NCBI GenBank assembly: GCA_963715985.1 | Contig: CAVQSP010000013.1 | Span: forward strand, 512,001 to 576,000 | Source: an uncultured Thermoleophilia bacterium | GTDB lineage: Bacteria; Actinomycetota; Thermoleophilia; UBA2241 | Direction of reading: 5' to 3' | Length of the DNA stretch: 64,000 nucleotides | In this document: positions 29,371-39,927 of the stretch, in pieces | How positions within the stretch are numbered: position 1 is the first letter of the stretch | Layout: each line of letters opens with the position of its first letter | Program-made: the position numbers and the translations under genes | Notes under the pieces: generated by a model | What the model saw: only the letters and a program-made list of their open reading frames with translations | Databases searched by the model: none | Told to the model about the DNA's origin: nothing

Positions 29371-30821
29371 GGACCTGGGAACCAGTCATCGGTCTCGAGA
29401 TGCACGTGGAGCTCGACACGCGCACCAAGATGTTCTGCGGCTGCGAGGTCACCAAGGGCGACGCGCCCAACCTGCACACCTGCCCGGTGTGCCTGGCGCA
29501 TCCGGGCGCGCTGCCCGTGGTCAACCAGCGCGCCATCGAGTTCGCCGCGCGCATCGCGCTGGCTCTGAACTGCACCGTGCAGCCGCGCAGCATCTTCCAC
29601 CGCAAGAACTACTTCTATCCCGACCTGCCCAAGGCGTACCAGATCAGCCAGTACGACGAGCCGCTGGCCACGGCGGGCTGGTTCGAGTACTGGGCGGGCG
29701 GCGAGAAGCTGCGCTGCCGCATCAACCGCGTGCACATGGAGGAGGACGCCGCCAAGCTGGTGCACGCCGGCGGCGACACGGGCCGCATCGCGGGCTCGGA
29801 CTACTCCATGGTGGACTTCAACCGCGGCGGCACCCCGCTCATCGAGATCGTCAGCGAGCCCGATATCCCGTCGCCGGAGGCGGCCAGGGAGTTCCTGCAG
29901 CAGCTGCGCAACCTCGTCGTCGAGCTGGGCGTGAGCGAGTGCAACATGGAGGAGGGCCAGATCCGCTGGGACGCCAACGTGAGCGTGCGCCCCGCGGGTA
30001 CCGAGGCGCTGGGCACGCGCACCGAGCTCAAGAACATGAACAGCTTCCGCTACCTGCAGCAGGCGCTGGACGCGGAGATCCCCCGCCAGATCGAGATCAT
30101 CGAGGCCGGGGGCGAGATCGACCTCGAGACGCTGCACTTCGACCCGGACACCGGCACCACCACGCCGCTGCGCTCCAAGGAAGAGGCGCACGACTACCGC
30201 TACTTCCCCGAGCCGGACCTGGTGCCGGTGGAGATCGACGCGGCCTGGCTGGACGAGCTGCGCGCGTCGCAGCCGGAGCTGCCGGAGGCGCGCGTGGAGC
30301 GCTTCGTGGAGCAGTACGGCCTCTCGCGCGCGGACGCCCAGGTCCTGGGCAGCTCGCACGCCCTGGCGGGCTTCTACGAGGAGGTCGTGGCCCTGGGCGC
30401 CGAGGCCAAGCCGGCGGCCAACTGGACGATGGGCGAGTACCTCGCCCACCTCAACGCCGCCGGCCTCGAGGCCGGCCACGGCCACGTCACCGCCGAGCGC
30501 CTCGCCAAACTCGTCAAGCTGGTCGCCGGCGGCGTCGTCTCCAGCAGCGCCGGCAAGGAGGTCTTCGCGACGATGATCGTGGAGCGGGCCGAGCCGGAGG
30601 ACGTGGTGGAGAAGCACGGGCTCGGCCAGATCAGCGACACCTCGGAGCTCGAGGCTGCCGTGACCGCCGTGGTGGCCGGCAACCCGGCACAGGTGGAGCA
30701 GTACCGCGGCGGCAAGCAGCAGGTGCTGGGCTTCTTCGTCGGCCAGGTCATGAAGTCCACCGGCGGGCGCGCCAATCCGCAGCTCGTCAACGAGCTGCTG
30801 CGGCGCGCCCTCGACGGCTGA
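29367..30821 (+). CDS. gatB: Asp/Glu-tRNA amidotransferase subunit B
   Basis: VIGLEMHVEL, RKNYFYPDLPK, HMEEDAAK, YRYFPEPDL, FFVGQVMK; ATGA overlap with gatA. Confidence 0.96.
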   Translation: MRTWEPVIGLEMHVELDTRTKMFCGCEVTKGDAPNLHTCPVCLAHPGALPVVNQRAIEFAARIALALNCTVQPRSIFHRKNYFYPDLPKAYQISQYDEPLATAGWFEYWAGGEKLRCRINRVHMEEDAAKLVHAGGDTGRIAGSDYSMVDFNRGGTPLIEIVSEPDIPSPEAAREFLQQLRNLVVELGVSECNMEEGQIRWDANVSVRPAGTEALGTRTELKNMNSFRYLQQALDAEIPRQIEIIEAGGEIDLETLHFDPDTGTTTPLRSKEEAHDYRYFPEPDLVPVEIDAAWLDELRASQPELPEARVERFVEQYGLSRADAQVLGSSHALAGFYEEVVALGAEAKPAANWTMGEYLAHLNAAGLEAGHGHVTAERLAKLVKLVAGGVVSSSAGKEVFATMIVERAEPEDVVEKHGLGQISDTSELEAAVTAVVAGNPAQVEQYRGGKQQVLGFFVGQVMKSTGGRANPQLVNELLRRALDG

Positions 30822-31015
30822 CCCCGTCTCGCCGCGTCCTGCGCGCCATGTTGCCCGCCCTCCCGGCGCTGTGGGACAATGCGGGCGACGTGCAGCCGCG
30901 CTTGCGCCGTGCGCGCGCCGCGCTCTCCAGGCCCCGTCACCACGCGCTCCCATCTTGCCGACGGCGCGACCCCGGGGCCGGGGCGTCCCGCCACAGCGCT
31001 GACAGGTAGGTGAGT

Positions 31016-32287
31016 ATGAGCAGCGACCTCTCCAGCTTCGTCATCGGTCGTCCGCGGCCGGCCGAACCGGCCGTGCGTATCGACGACACCACGCTCCGTG
31101 ACGGCGAGCAGACTGCCGGCGTAGTGTTCTCCAACCACGAGAAGATCCGCATCGCCAAGCTGCTCGACGAGGTGGGCGTCCATCAGATCGAGATCGGCAT
31201 CCCCGCCATGGGCGGCGACGAGAAGGCGACCATCAAGCAGATCGTGGGCCTCGGTCTCGACTCGTCGATCCTCGCCTGGAACCGCGCCGTCATCGACGAC
31301 CTGCGCCATTCGCTGGACTGCGGGGTGGACGCGGTGGCCATCTCGATGTCGGCCAGCGACATCCACATCGAGCACAAGCTGGCCAAGAGTCGCCAGTGGG
31401 TGCTGGACCAGATCCGCGAGTGTGTGGCGTTCGCCAAGGACAAGGACCTCTACGTCTCGGTGAACGCCGAAGACGCCTCGCGCGCCGACCTCGAGTTCCT
31501 GCTGCGCTTCTGCCAGGCAGCCAGGGAGGAGGGCGCCGACAGGCTGCGCTTCTGCGACACGCTGGGCATCCTCGACCCGTTCGACACCTACAACGTCATC
31601 ACGTTCCTCAAGCGCGAGGGCGGGCTGGATATCGAGATGCACACGCACGACGACTTCGGCATGGCCACCGCCAACGCGCTGGCCGGCATCAAGGCCGGCG
31701 CCACCTACGTCAACACCACCGTCAACGGCCTGGGGGAGCGCGCCGGCAACGCCGCCCTCGAGGAGGTCGTGATGGCACTCAAGTACCTGGGCAAGGTGGA
31801 CGTGGGCCTGCACACGAGCCGCTTCCGTGAGCTCAGCGAGTACGTGGCCGCGGCCTCGGCGCGCACCATCCCCGCCTGGAAGAGCATCGTGGGCACCAAC
31901 GTGTTCGCGCACGAGAGCGGCATCCACGCCGACGGCGTCATCAAGAACCCCCTCAACTACGAGGCGTTCGCGCCCGAGGACGTCGGTCTGGAGCGGCAGA
32001 TCGTGGTGGGCAAGCACTCGGGCACGCGCACCATCTACCGCAAGTTCCAGGAGTTCGGCCTCGAGCTCTCGCAGGCCGACTGCGCGGGCGTCCTCGAGCT
32101 GGTGCGCCAGACCGCCGTGGAGCTCAAGCGCGCCCTGTTCGACAAGGAGCTCATGTACATCTACCAGGACTACCTGGGGCGGCTCGGCGACGCCGTACCG
32201 ATGGGCAACGGCGACAAGGCCGTCGAAGCCGCCGCGGCCGCCGCGGCGGAGCCGGCGCCGGCCGCGCCGGCCGGGGCGGCGCCGTGA
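31016..32287 (+). CDS. Homocitrate synthase / Re-citrate synthase family (DRE-TIM)
   Basis: DDTTLRDGEQTAG, HTHDDFGMATAN, GLGERAGNA, FAHESGIHADG, GKHSG; no LeuA regulatory domain. Confidence 0.85.
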   Translation: MSSDLSSFVIGRPRPAEPAVRIDDTTLRDGEQTAGVVFSNHEKIRIAKLLDEVGVHQIEIGIPAMGGDEKATIKQIVGLGLDSSILAWNRAVIDDLRHSLDCGVDAVAISMSASDIHIEHKLAKSRQWVLDQIRECVAFAKDKDLYVSVNAEDASRADLEFLLRFCQAAREEGADRLRFCDTLGILDPFDTYNVITFLKREGGLDIEMHTHDDFGMATANALAGIKAGATYVNTTVNGLGERAGNAALEEVVMALKYLGKVDVGLHTSRFRELSEYVAAASARTIPAWKSIVGTNVFAHESGIHADGVIKNPLNYEAFAPEDVGLERQIVVGKHSGTRTIYRKFQEFGLELSQADCAGVLELVRQTAVELKRALFDKELMYIYQDYLGRLGDAVPMGNGDKAVEAAAAAAAEPAPAAPAGAAP

Positions 32288-33540
32288 CCGCGCTCACGCT
32301 CGCCGAGAAGATCCTCGCGGCGCACGCCGGCCTCGAGTCCGTGGTGCCGGGCCAGATCGTGGTCGCCGATGTGGACGTGGCCATCGCCCAGGACGGCACC
32401 GGCCCGCTGGCCATCCAGCAGATCGAGGAGCTGGGCGTGGCCTGCGTCAAGGCGCCCACGTGCGTGTTCTTCATCGACCACGCGGCGCCGGCTCCGCGCA
32501 GCGAGCTGGCCAACGCGCAGAAGACCATCAGGGCGTTCTGCGCGAGCTCCGGCGCCACGCTCAGCGACGTGGAGATGGGCGTCTGCCACCAGCGCGTGGC
32601 CGAGAGCTACGCGCGGCCCGGTGACCTCGTCATCGGCGCCGACTCGCACACCTGCACGGCCGGCGCCCTGGGCGCCTTCGCCACCGGCATGGGCAGCACA
32701 GACGTGGCCGTGGGCATGGCCACGGGCAAGACCTGGCTGCGCGTGCCGGAGACGTTCCGTATCGCCGTCGAGGGCGCGCTGGCCGACGGCGTGGAGGCCA
32801 AGGACCTGATGCTCACGCTCATCGGCACGCTGGGCGCCGACGGCGCCACGTACAAGGCGCTGGAGTTCGGGGGGCCGGGCATCGACGCCCTGCCCATGCC
32901 CGGCCGCTTGACCCTGAGCAACATGTCGGTGGAGGCCGGCGCCAAGGCCGGCCTAATGCCCAGCGACGGCGTGACGCGCGGCTTTCTCGCCGAGCTGGGG
33001 CGCGAGGGCGACTGGCGCCCGCTCGCGCCCGACCCCGGCGCCGCCTACGAGCGCGTCGTCCCCGTGGACGCGGCCGCCGTGGTGCCCACGGTGGCCCGGC
33101 CGCACACCGTGGACAACGTGGCGCCGGCCGCGGAGCTCAAAGGAGTCAAAGTGGACCAGGTGCTCGTCGGCACCTGCACCAACGGTCGCCTCGCCGACCT
33201 GCGTTCGGCGGCGCGCCTGCTGCGCGGGCGCCGCCGCGCGCCGCACACGCGGCTCATCATCACGCCGGCCTCGCAGGCCGTTGCCCGCGACGCCGTGGCC
33301 GAGGGTCTCTACGATGTGTTCTGGGACGCCGGCGCCGTGATCACGAATCCCGGGTGCGGCGCCTGCGTGGGCGTGCACGAAGGCATCCTCGGTGACGGCG
33401 AGGTGTGCGTGAGCACCGCCAACCGCAACTTCCACGGGCGCATGGGCAATCCCGAGGCGTCCATCTACCTGGCCTCGCCGGCCACCGCGGCCGCCTCGGC
33501 CGTGGCCGGCGAGATCACAGACCCCAGAGAACTTCTTTAG
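32284..33540 (+). CDS. LeuC/HacA-type (homo)aconitase large subunit
   Basis: [44 protein letters not shown]. Confidence 0.9.
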   Translation: MTALTLAEKILAAHAGLESVVPGQIVVADVDVAIAQDGTGPLAIQQIEELGVACVKAPTCVFFIDHAAPAPRSELANAQKTIRAFCASSGATLSDVEMGVCHQRVAESYARPGDLVIGADSHTCTAGALGAFATGMGSTDVAVGMATGKTWLRVPETFRIAVEGALADGVEAKDLMLTLIGTLGADGATYKALEFGGPGIDALPMPGRLTLSNMSVEAGAKAGLMPSDGVTRGFLAELGREGDWRPLAPDPGAAYERVVPVDAAAVVPTVARPHTVDNVAPAAELKGVKVDQVLVGTCTNGRLADLRSAARLLRGRRRAPHTRLIITPASQAVARDAVAEGLYDVFWDAGAVITNPGCGACVGVHEGILGDGEVCVSTANRNFHGRMGNPEASIYLASPATAAASAVAGEITDPRELL

Positions 33541-33553
33541 AAAGGAGGACGCC

Positions 33554-34075
33554 GTGGCCAAGCAATACGACGCCCCGCCGCCCACTGTCATCGACACCGC
33601 CAAGCGCTACGTCGCCACGATCAGCACCGACAAGGGCGACATCGTCATCGAGCTGTTCGCCGACAAGGCGCCGAACACCGTGAACAACTTCGTCTACCTC
33701 GCTCGTGACGGCTATTACGACGGCGTCACGTTCCACCGCGTCATCAAGGGCTTCATGGCCCAGGGTGGCGACCCCACCGGCTCGGGTCGTGGCGGCCCCG
33801 GCTACAAGTTCAAGGACGAGTTCCACCCCTCGCTGCGGCACGACCAGCCGGGCATTCTCTCCATGGCCAACGCCGGTCCGGACACCAACGGGTCGCAGTT
33901 CTTCATCACCTACCGCGACACCCCCCATCTGGACGGCAAGCACGCCGTGTTCGGGCGTGTGGTGGAGGGCATGGACGTGCTCGAGTCGATCCCGGAGCGC
34001 GATCCCATGCGCGCCTCGGAGCCCGGTGTGACCATGAACACGGTGACCGTCGCCGAGGAGGAGTGGATCACGTGA
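33554..34075 (+). CDS. Cyclophilin-type peptidyl-prolyl isomerase
   Basis: [52 protein letters not shown]. Confidence 0.95.
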   Translation: MAKQYDAPPPTVIDTAKRYVATISTDKGDIVIELFADKAPNTVNNFVYLARDGYYDGVTFHRVIKGFMAQGGDPTGSGRGGPGYKFKDEFHPSLRHDQPGILSMANAGPDTNGSQFFITYRDTPHLDGKHAVFGRVVEGMDVLESIPERDPMRASEPGVTMNTVTVAEEEWIT

Positions 34076-34587
34076 GCGACGGCCGGCTCCACGGGCGCGC
34101 CTGGCTCTTCGGGGACGACATCTCCACCGACCACATCGCCCCCGGCCGTCTCTTTCACCTGCGCACCGACCTGCCGGAGCTGGCCAAGCACGTGCTCGAG
34201 GACGCGCGCCCGGAGTTCGCCGGGCGGATGAGCCCGGGCGACTTCGTCGTGGGCGGCCGCAACTTCGGCCTCGGCTCGAGCCGCGAGCACGCGCCGCGCA
34301 TCGTCAAGATCGCCGGCGTGGGCGCCGTGCTCGCGCGGAGCTTCGCGCGCATCTTCTTCCGCAACGCCATCAATGTCGGACTGCCGGTGCTGCAGTGCGA
34401 CACCTCGGGCATCGGTGAGCAGGACGAGCTCGAGGTGGACCTTGCCGCCGGGGAGGTGCGTGACCTCACCACCGGGGCCGTGATCCCCTTCGTCCCACTG
34501 CCGCCGGTGATGGTCACCATCCTCGAGGACGGCGGGCTGGTGGCCCACGTCAAGAAGCACGACGGCTTCGCCCTCCCCGAGGGCTGA
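34072..34587 (+). CDS. LeuD/HacB-type (homo)aconitase small subunit
   Basis: [38 protein letters not shown]; GTGA overlap with the cyclophilin stop. Confidence 0.9.
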   Translation: MSDGRLHGRAWLFGDDISTDHIAPGRLFHLRTDLPELAKHVLEDARPEFAGRMSPGDFVVGGRNFGLGSSREHAPRIVKIAGVGAVLARSFARIFFRNAINVGLPVLQCDTSGIGEQDELEVDLAAGEVRDLTTGAVIPFVPLPPVMVTILEDGGLVAHVKKHDGFALPEG

Positions 34588-34642
34588 CCGCGAAGGCCGG
34601 GAGGCCGGGCCGGACGCCCGCGCCGAGACTCTCAGGAGCGTC

Positions 34643-35647
34643 ATGACCTACACAGTCACCTTGATCCCGGGCGACGGCACCGGCCCTGAGCTGGCCGCCG
34701 CCCTCGAGACCGTCATCGCCGCCACCGGCGTGCCCATCCTCTGGGAGGTACACGACGCCGGTCTGGGCGTGATGGAGGAGTACGGTACGCCGCTGCCCGA
34801 GCACGTGCTCGACTCCATCCGCCGCACCAAGGTGGCCATCAAGGGACCTATCACCACGCCGGTCGGCACCGGCTTCCGCAGTGTCAACGTGGCCTTGCGC
34901 AAAGAGCTCGACCTGTACGCCTGCCTGCGTCCGGCCAAGACCATGAAGGGCGTGCGCACGCGCTTCGAGGACATCGACCTCGTGGTCGTGCGTGAGAACA
35001 CCGAGGACCTGTACGCGGGCATCGAGCACATGGTGGGCCCGGACGCCGCCGAGAGCATCAAGATCATCACCCGGCGCGGCAGCGAGCGCATCGTGCGCTT
35101 CGCCTTCGACTACGCGCGGCGCCACGAGCGCGGCAAGGTGACGGCGGTGCACAAGGCCAACATCATGAAGTGCACCGACGGCTTGTTCCTGAGTGTCGCC
35201 CGCGAGGTCGCCGCGCTGTACCCCGACATCGAGTTCGAGGACCGCATCGTCGACAACATGTGCATGCAGCTCGTGCAGAAGCCGGAGCTGTACGACGTCC
35301 TCGTGCTGCCCAACCTGTACGGCGACATCGTCAGCGACCTGTGCGCCGGCCTCATCGGCGGTCTCGGCGTGGCGCCGGGGGCCAACTTCGGCGACACCGC
35401 CGCCGTGTTCGAGCCCGTGCACGGCAGCGCCCCCAAGTACGCCGGCCAGGACAAGGTGAACCCCATGGCCCTGCTGCGCTCGGGCGTGCTGCTGCTGGAG
35501 CACCTCGGCGAGGCCGAGGCCGCGCGGCGCATGGAAGCCGCCATCGCGGCCGTTGTCGCCGAGGGCCGCCACGTCACCTACGACCTCGGGGGCACGGCCG
35601 GCACCAGCGGCATGGCCGCCGCCATCGCCGCCCGCATCGGCGCCTGA
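34643..35647 (+). CDS. Isocitrate/homoisocitrate dehydrogenase family
   Basis: [50 protein letters not shown]. Confidence 0.9.
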   Translation: MTYTVTLIPGDGTGPELAAALETVIAATGVPILWEVHDAGLGVMEEYGTPLPEHVLDSIRRTKVAIKGPITTPVGTGFRSVNVALRKELDLYACLRPAKTMKGVRTRFEDIDLVVVRENTEDLYAGIEHMVGPDAAESIKIITRRGSERIVRFAFDYARRHERGKVTAVHKANIMKCTDGLFLSVAREVAALYPDIEFEDRIVDNMCMQLVQKPELYDVLVLPNLYGDIVSDLCAGLIGGLGVAPGANFGDTAAVFEPVHGSAPKYAGQDKVNPMALLRSGVLLLEHLGEAEAARRMEAAIAAVVAEGRHVTYDLGGTAGTSGMAAAIAARIGA

Positions 35648-35673
35648 CGGCGCCACTCCAGAAGGAGGCTCCC

Positions 35674-35964
35674 TTGGAGGAGCAAGAGAAGCGCATCAAC
35701 CTGCACGCCACGCCCAAGAAGATGGCCGGCGTGTACGCCAACTTCGCCAACGTCAGCCATTCCGAGTACGAGTTCTCCATCACGTTCGTGCGCCTGGACC
35801 ACGAGAGCGACGACCCGGGCGAGATGCAGGGCGTCGTGGTGAGCCGCGTGAACCTCTCGCCGCGGTTCATGAAGGAGCTGCTGGAGGCCATGACGGACAA
35901 CTACAGCAAGTGGCAGGCGGCCGAGAACATCAAGAACCTCCCCGAGGCGCCCGGAAGAGATTGA
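35674..35964 (+). CDS. DUF3467-like small protein
   Basis: GVYANFANVSHSEYEFSITF...VVSRVNLSP; AAGGAGG RBS. Confidence 0.7.
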   Translation: MEEQEKRINLHATPKKMAGVYANFANVSHSEYEFSITFVRLDHESDDPGEMQGVVVSRVNLSPRFMKELLEAMTDNYSKWQAAENIKNLPEAPGRD

Positions 35965-36462
35965 CCGCCGCAGGCGGGTCAACGTCGGGTGGGCCGAAGG
36001 CACACCCGACACTGACCGGCGCGCAGCGCCGGCGCCCCCAGCCACCCGTCGCCACCCGCCCGGGAGCTCGACCCCCCGCCTGAGGTCATGCTCGCGATCG
36101 CGGATTCAAGCAATGGCACGTCCAGACGTACGTTTGCTCGAAACCCGCGCAGGGACCGTGACGCCGGCCAGCCGGCGCCGGCGATGCGGCAGTGCGGACC
36201 GGCGGCGCACGGACGGCGTGCCGGCGTCGGCACCGGCCGCGCGCCGCCGCCCGCTGCCGCGAGCGCGCGGGACATTATGGCCAACCCGGGCCGGTGTTCG
36301 GCTCCGTTTCTGCCTTGTTAGCAGGGGCTTTGTTGCCCGGTGGTCGCCCGTTGGCTAGAATGGCGAGGCCTGTGATCCCACCGTTCCCGCGTTCGTGAGG
36401 GGGGTACCTCGACGCGTCCCCGGAGCGGCGGAGAACCCGTCATTCGTTCTCAGGAGGACGCA

Positions 36463-38265
36463 TTGGACTTCTACAAGGGCAGAGTGCTCAGGATCGACCT
36501 GAGCGCGGGAACCTCCGCCGTGGAGCCACTCAACATGGAGTGGGCCGAGAAATACATCGGCGGCAAGGGCCTGCTTCTGCGGTACATGTGGGACGAGGTC
36601 CCCGCCAAGGTCGATCCGTGGGCGCCCGAGAACCCCGTCATCCTCATGACCGGGCCATTCGCCGGCACCAGCGTGAGCACGGCGTCGCGTCTGGTGGTGG
36701 GCTGCAAGAGCCCACAGACCGGGATCCTCAACGACAGCTACGTGGGCGGCTCGTTTGCCCCCGAGATGAAGTTCGCCGGCTACGACGCCATCATCATCCA
36801 GGGCGAGTCGCCCGAGCCGGTCGTCATCGCCATCAAGGACGACGTCGTGGAGTTCATCCCGGCCAAGCCCAAGTACTGGGGCCTCAAGACCTCTGAGATC
36901 GAAGAGGCGATGCGCCGGGACGTCGACCCCGACGCCAAGACCCTCTCCATCGGCCCGGCCGGCGAGAACGAGGTCCTCTGGGCCTGCCTCTCCACCGACC
37001 AGTACCACAAAGCCGGGAGGGGCGGTCACGGCGCCCTCTGGGGCCACAAGAAGCTCAAGGCCATCGCCATCCGCGGCACCGGGTCCGTGGAGGTCGGCGA
37101 CGCCAAGGCGTTCCTCGCCGACCTCTACCGCATCCACACCGACTACGTGCTCACCGAGGACAACCTGTGGGCCAACGAAGAGGGCACGCCGGTCCTGGGC
37201 CAGATCATGAGCGACGCGGGCGTCATCCCCACGCGCAACTGGTCCTCGGGCACGTTCGACCTGATGGAGAACATCAACTCGGACGCGTTCATCAAGATCC
37301 GCACCAAGAACCGCGCCTGCTACCAGTGCGCCATCGGCTGCCGGCAGTTCCACGAGGTGGACGGCATCGTCGGCGAGGGGCCGGAGTACGAGACCATCGC
37401 CCTGTGCGGCGCCAACTGCGGCATCGGTGACATCGCCGCCCTGTCCCGGTTCAACCACCTCTGCGACGAGCTGGGTCTGGACACCATCTCCAGCGGCAGC
37501 GTCGTCGGCCTGGCCATGGACCTCACCGAGAAGGGCATCAAGGACTTCGGCCTGCACTTCGGCGAGGCAGAGGGCTACCTGGCGGCGCCGGCGCTCATCG
37601 CCGCCAAGGAGGGCCTGGGCGCTGAGCTGGCACTCGGTTCGCGCGCCTTGGCCGCCAGGTACGGCCACCCCGAGATGGCGATGGAGGTCAAGAACATGGA
37701 GCTGCCGGGCTACGACCCGCGCGGCTCCTTCGGCATGAGCCTCGGCTACGCCACCTCGGACCGCGGCGGCTGCCACATGCGCACGTATCCCATCGCCGAC
37801 GAGATCGTCGGCGGCACCCTGCCGCCGGACTCGCTCGAGGGCAAGGCGATGAAGGTCGTCTGGGGCAACCCCGCCGAGGGCATGATCGGCGAGAACTTCA
37901 GCGCCGTGAAGTTCTGCGGCATCTGGTGCGACTTCTGGGCCGTGACGCCCGAGCAGATCGGGCAGATCTTCAAGCACGCCTGGAAGCGCGAGTTCAGCGA
38001 TGCAGAGGTGTTCCAGATCGGCGAGCGCGTGTGGAACCTCGGGCGGCTGTTCAACCTGCGCGAGGGCGTGGAGCCGGACACCATCCCGCACAAGCTCTAC
38101 GCGGAAGAGCACGCCCACACGGAGGGCGCCTCGGCCGGCCGGTCCATCGGCACCGAGACGTTCAAACAGGCGCTGCAGGACTTCTACCAGATCCGCGGGT
38201 GGGACGAGAGCGGCGTGCCAAGCGAAGCCAAGCTCGCTGAGCTCGGCGTCGACGTGCGACTCTGA
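36463..38265 (+). CDS. Tungsten aldehyde:ferredoxin oxidoreductase family protein (AOR/WOR)
   Basis: LRIDLS, KSPQTG, IGPAGEN, AGRGG, KKLKAI, CYQCAIGC, GPEYET, LGLDTIS, YDPRG, RGGCH, RGWDESGVP. Confidence 0.93.
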   Translation: MDFYKGRVLRIDLSAGTSAVEPLNMEWAEKYIGGKGLLLRYMWDEVPAKVDPWAPENPVILMTGPFAGTSVSTASRLVVGCKSPQTGILNDSYVGGSFAPEMKFAGYDAIIIQGESPEPVVIAIKDDVVEFIPAKPKYWGLKTSEIEEAMRRDVDPDAKTLSIGPAGENEVLWACLSTDQYHKAGRGGHGALWGHKKLKAIAIRGTGSVEVGDAKAFLADLYRIHTDYVLTEDNLWANEEGTPVLGQIMSDAGVIPTRNWSSGTFDLMENINSDAFIKIRTKNRACYQCAIGCRQFHEVDGIVGEGPEYETIALCGANCGIGDIAALSRFNHLCDELGLDTISSGSVVGLAMDLTEKGIKDFGLHFGEAEGYLAAPALIAAKEGLGAELALGSRALAARYGHPEMAMEVKNMELPGYDPRGSFGMSLGYATSDRGGCHMRTYPIADEIVGGTLPPDSLEGKAMKVVWGNPAEGMIGENFSAVKFCGIWCDFWAVTPEQIGQIFKHAWKREFSDAEVFQIGERVWNLGRLFNLREGVEPDTIPHKLYAEEHAHTEGASAGRSIGTETFKQALQDFYQIRGWDESGVPSEAKLAELGVDVRL

Positions 38266-38294
38266 CGGCTGACGCCGGACGAAGGGAGTGACAC

Positions 38295-38795
38295 ATGCCT
38301 CACGTGATGATCTCGAGCAAGAAGTGCACCGGCTGCCACATGTGCGAGCTGGCCTGCTCCGCCTACCATGAGGGCGCCTACCGGCCGTCCGTGGCCCGCC
38401 TGTTCTCGGAGGTCAATCCGACCACCGGCGCCATCAAGGGCCACACCTGTCTGCAGACGGGGTGCTCCAAGTGCCAGAAGGCCTGCCCCAACGACGCCAT
38501 CGTGACCAAAGAGATCACGATGGCCGTCACGGGGGAGTTCGCCGCCAAAGCGAAGGTCGGCGAGAGCGTCAAGGGCTATGTGCTCGTCGTCGTCGACGAG
38601 CTCTGCACCAACTGCGGCGAGTGCTACGACGTCTGCCCCACCGGCGTCATCCACGAGCATCCCGACAAGGAGGTCGCGTACAAGTGCGACCTCTGCGACG
38701 GCTCTCCGCAGTGCATCGCCTTCTGCCAGAACCCGCACGTGCTCGCCGTGGACCTCAAGGTCGACCGGCAGGACAAGGAACTGGCGGCGGTCTGA
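38295..38795 (+). CDS. Multi-[4Fe-4S] small subunit
   Basis: CTGCHMCELAC, CLQTGCSKCQKACP, CTNCGECYDVCP, KCDLCDGSPQCIAFC. Confidence 0.9.
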   Translation: MPHVMISSKKCTGCHMCELACSAYHEGAYRPSVARLFSEVNPTTGAIKGHTCLQTGCSKCQKACPNDAIVTKEITMAVTGEFAAKAKVGESVKGYVLVVVDELCTNCGECYDVCPTGVIHEHPDKEVAYKCDLCDGSPQCIAFCQNPHVLAVDLKVDRQDKELAAV

Positions 38796-38799
38796 CGCC

Positions 38800-39069
38800 G
38801 TGGCCACCGCGTTCGTCAAACTGCCCGTGGGCATGACCACCACCGGCGGGCGCCGCGAAGTGGAGTGCGACGGCGCCACCGTGCGAGAGGTCATCGAGCA
38901 GGCCATCGCGGCCGAGCCGCGCATGCGCGCGCGCATCTTCCGCGAGGACGGGCGCATGTACGCCGGCGTGTTCATCAACGGGCGCAACATCAACGCCCTT
39001 GAGGGCATGGACACGCCCATCGCCGACGGCGACAAGCTCAGCGTGCTGCCCCCGCTCTCAGGCGGCTGA
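38800..39069 (+). CDS. MoaD/ThiS ubiquitin-like sulfur carrier
   Basis: VFINGRNI, DGDKLSVLPPLSGG C-terminal diglycine. Confidence 0.88.
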   Translation: MATAFVKLPVGMTTTGGRREVECDGATVREVIEQAIAAEPRMRARIFREDGRMYAGVFINGRNINALEGMDTPIADGDKLSVLPPLSGG

Positions 39070-39091
39070 CGCCGCGGACGCGGTGAAGGGG

Positions 39092-39132
39092 GGCGGGGCC
39101 GGCGCTCGAAGGAGCACCGGCCCCGCTTTCGT
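39092..39132 (+). terminator. Intrinsic terminator after the AOR operon
   Basis: gcggggccggcgctc-gaag-gagcaccggccccgc followed by tttcgtt. Confidence 0.55.
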
Positions 39133-39147
39133 TGGTAGACTGTCCGC

Positions 39148-39810
39148 ATGGATGCAGCGGACACACGACGCCGCCTCGAGACTGCGGGCCTCGTCGAGGC
39201 GGTGGAGGGCCGGGCGAGCGTGCGCAAGTACCTGCCCGACCCCGTACCGCGCGATGACGTCACGGCGATGGTGGCCTTGGCGACCCGCGCCGCCAACGCC
39301 GGCAACGCGCAGATGTGGCGGTTCATCGCCGTGGACGACGCCGTCACGCAGATCGCCATGCGCCAGGCCGTGGACGAGGCCATCGACGAGATGGCGGCGT
39401 GGCCCGAGCTGGCCGGCAAGGCGAAGGAGATCAAGGCGCTGCGCGTGTACTCCACGTTCTTCGTCGACGCGCCGCTGGTGGTCGCCGTGTTCGGCTACCC
39501 GTATCTCGCGCGTGCCGACGAGATGCTGGACGCGCGCGGCGTGGGCGTGGAGGAGCGCGACAGGCTGCGCGCCCGGCCCGACCTGCAGAGCATCGGGGCG
39601 GCCGTCCAGCTCTTCTGCACGGCTGCCCACGCCCTCGGCTACGGCGCCTGCTGGATGACGGCGCCGGTGCTGGGTGCCCTCGCCATCGAGGAGCTCCTCG
39701 GGGTGGAGCCGCCGGCCAAGCTCGTGGCCGTCGTGCCCGTGGGCAGGCCGGCAGGCGCCGTGCGGCCGACGTCCAGGCGCCCTGTGGAGGACGTGCTCGA
39801 GTTCCGCTGA
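39148..39810 (+). CDS. Nitroreductase family flavoprotein
   Basis: RASVRKY..DPVP, ANAGNAQMWRF, AAHALGYGACW; TAGACT lies 6 nt before the ATG. Confidence 0.85.
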   Translation: MDAADTRRRLETAGLVEAVEGRASVRKYLPDPVPRDDVTAMVALATRAANAGNAQMWRFIAVDDAVTQIAMRQAVDEAIDEMAAWPELAGKAKEIKALRVYSTFFVDAPLVVAVFGYPYLARADEMLDARGVGVEERDRLRARPDLQSIGAAVQLFCTAAHALGYGACWMTAPVLGALAIEELLGVEPPAKLVAVVPVGRPAGAVRPTSRRPVEDVLEFR

Positions 39811-39927
39811 ACCGGGGTGCGGCAGTCCGGCTTGCCACCTCTGCCCGTGCGTAGGTACACTCGCCTGCGCGGCGACTGTGGCCGTTTCGCAGTCTCCCGG
39901 TCCACCTCTCGAAGGGGGGAACCTCCA

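Noticed and set aside
31016-32287. nifV as a sign of nitrogen fixation
   Set aside because: No nif genes in the window; the context is a tricarboxylate chain-extension operon.
245-33554. Amber readthrough fusions (TreT-like into otsA; leuC-like into cyclophilin)
   Set aside because: The downstream genes are not in frame with the TAG-ended genes and have their own RBS.
35965-36462. Sigma-54 promoter or Moco/Wco riboswitch upstream of AOR
   Set aside because: TGGCAC at 36114 is not followed by TTGC at the required spacing, and no convincing riboswitch fold was seen; only a TAGAAT -10 box near 36356 is evident.
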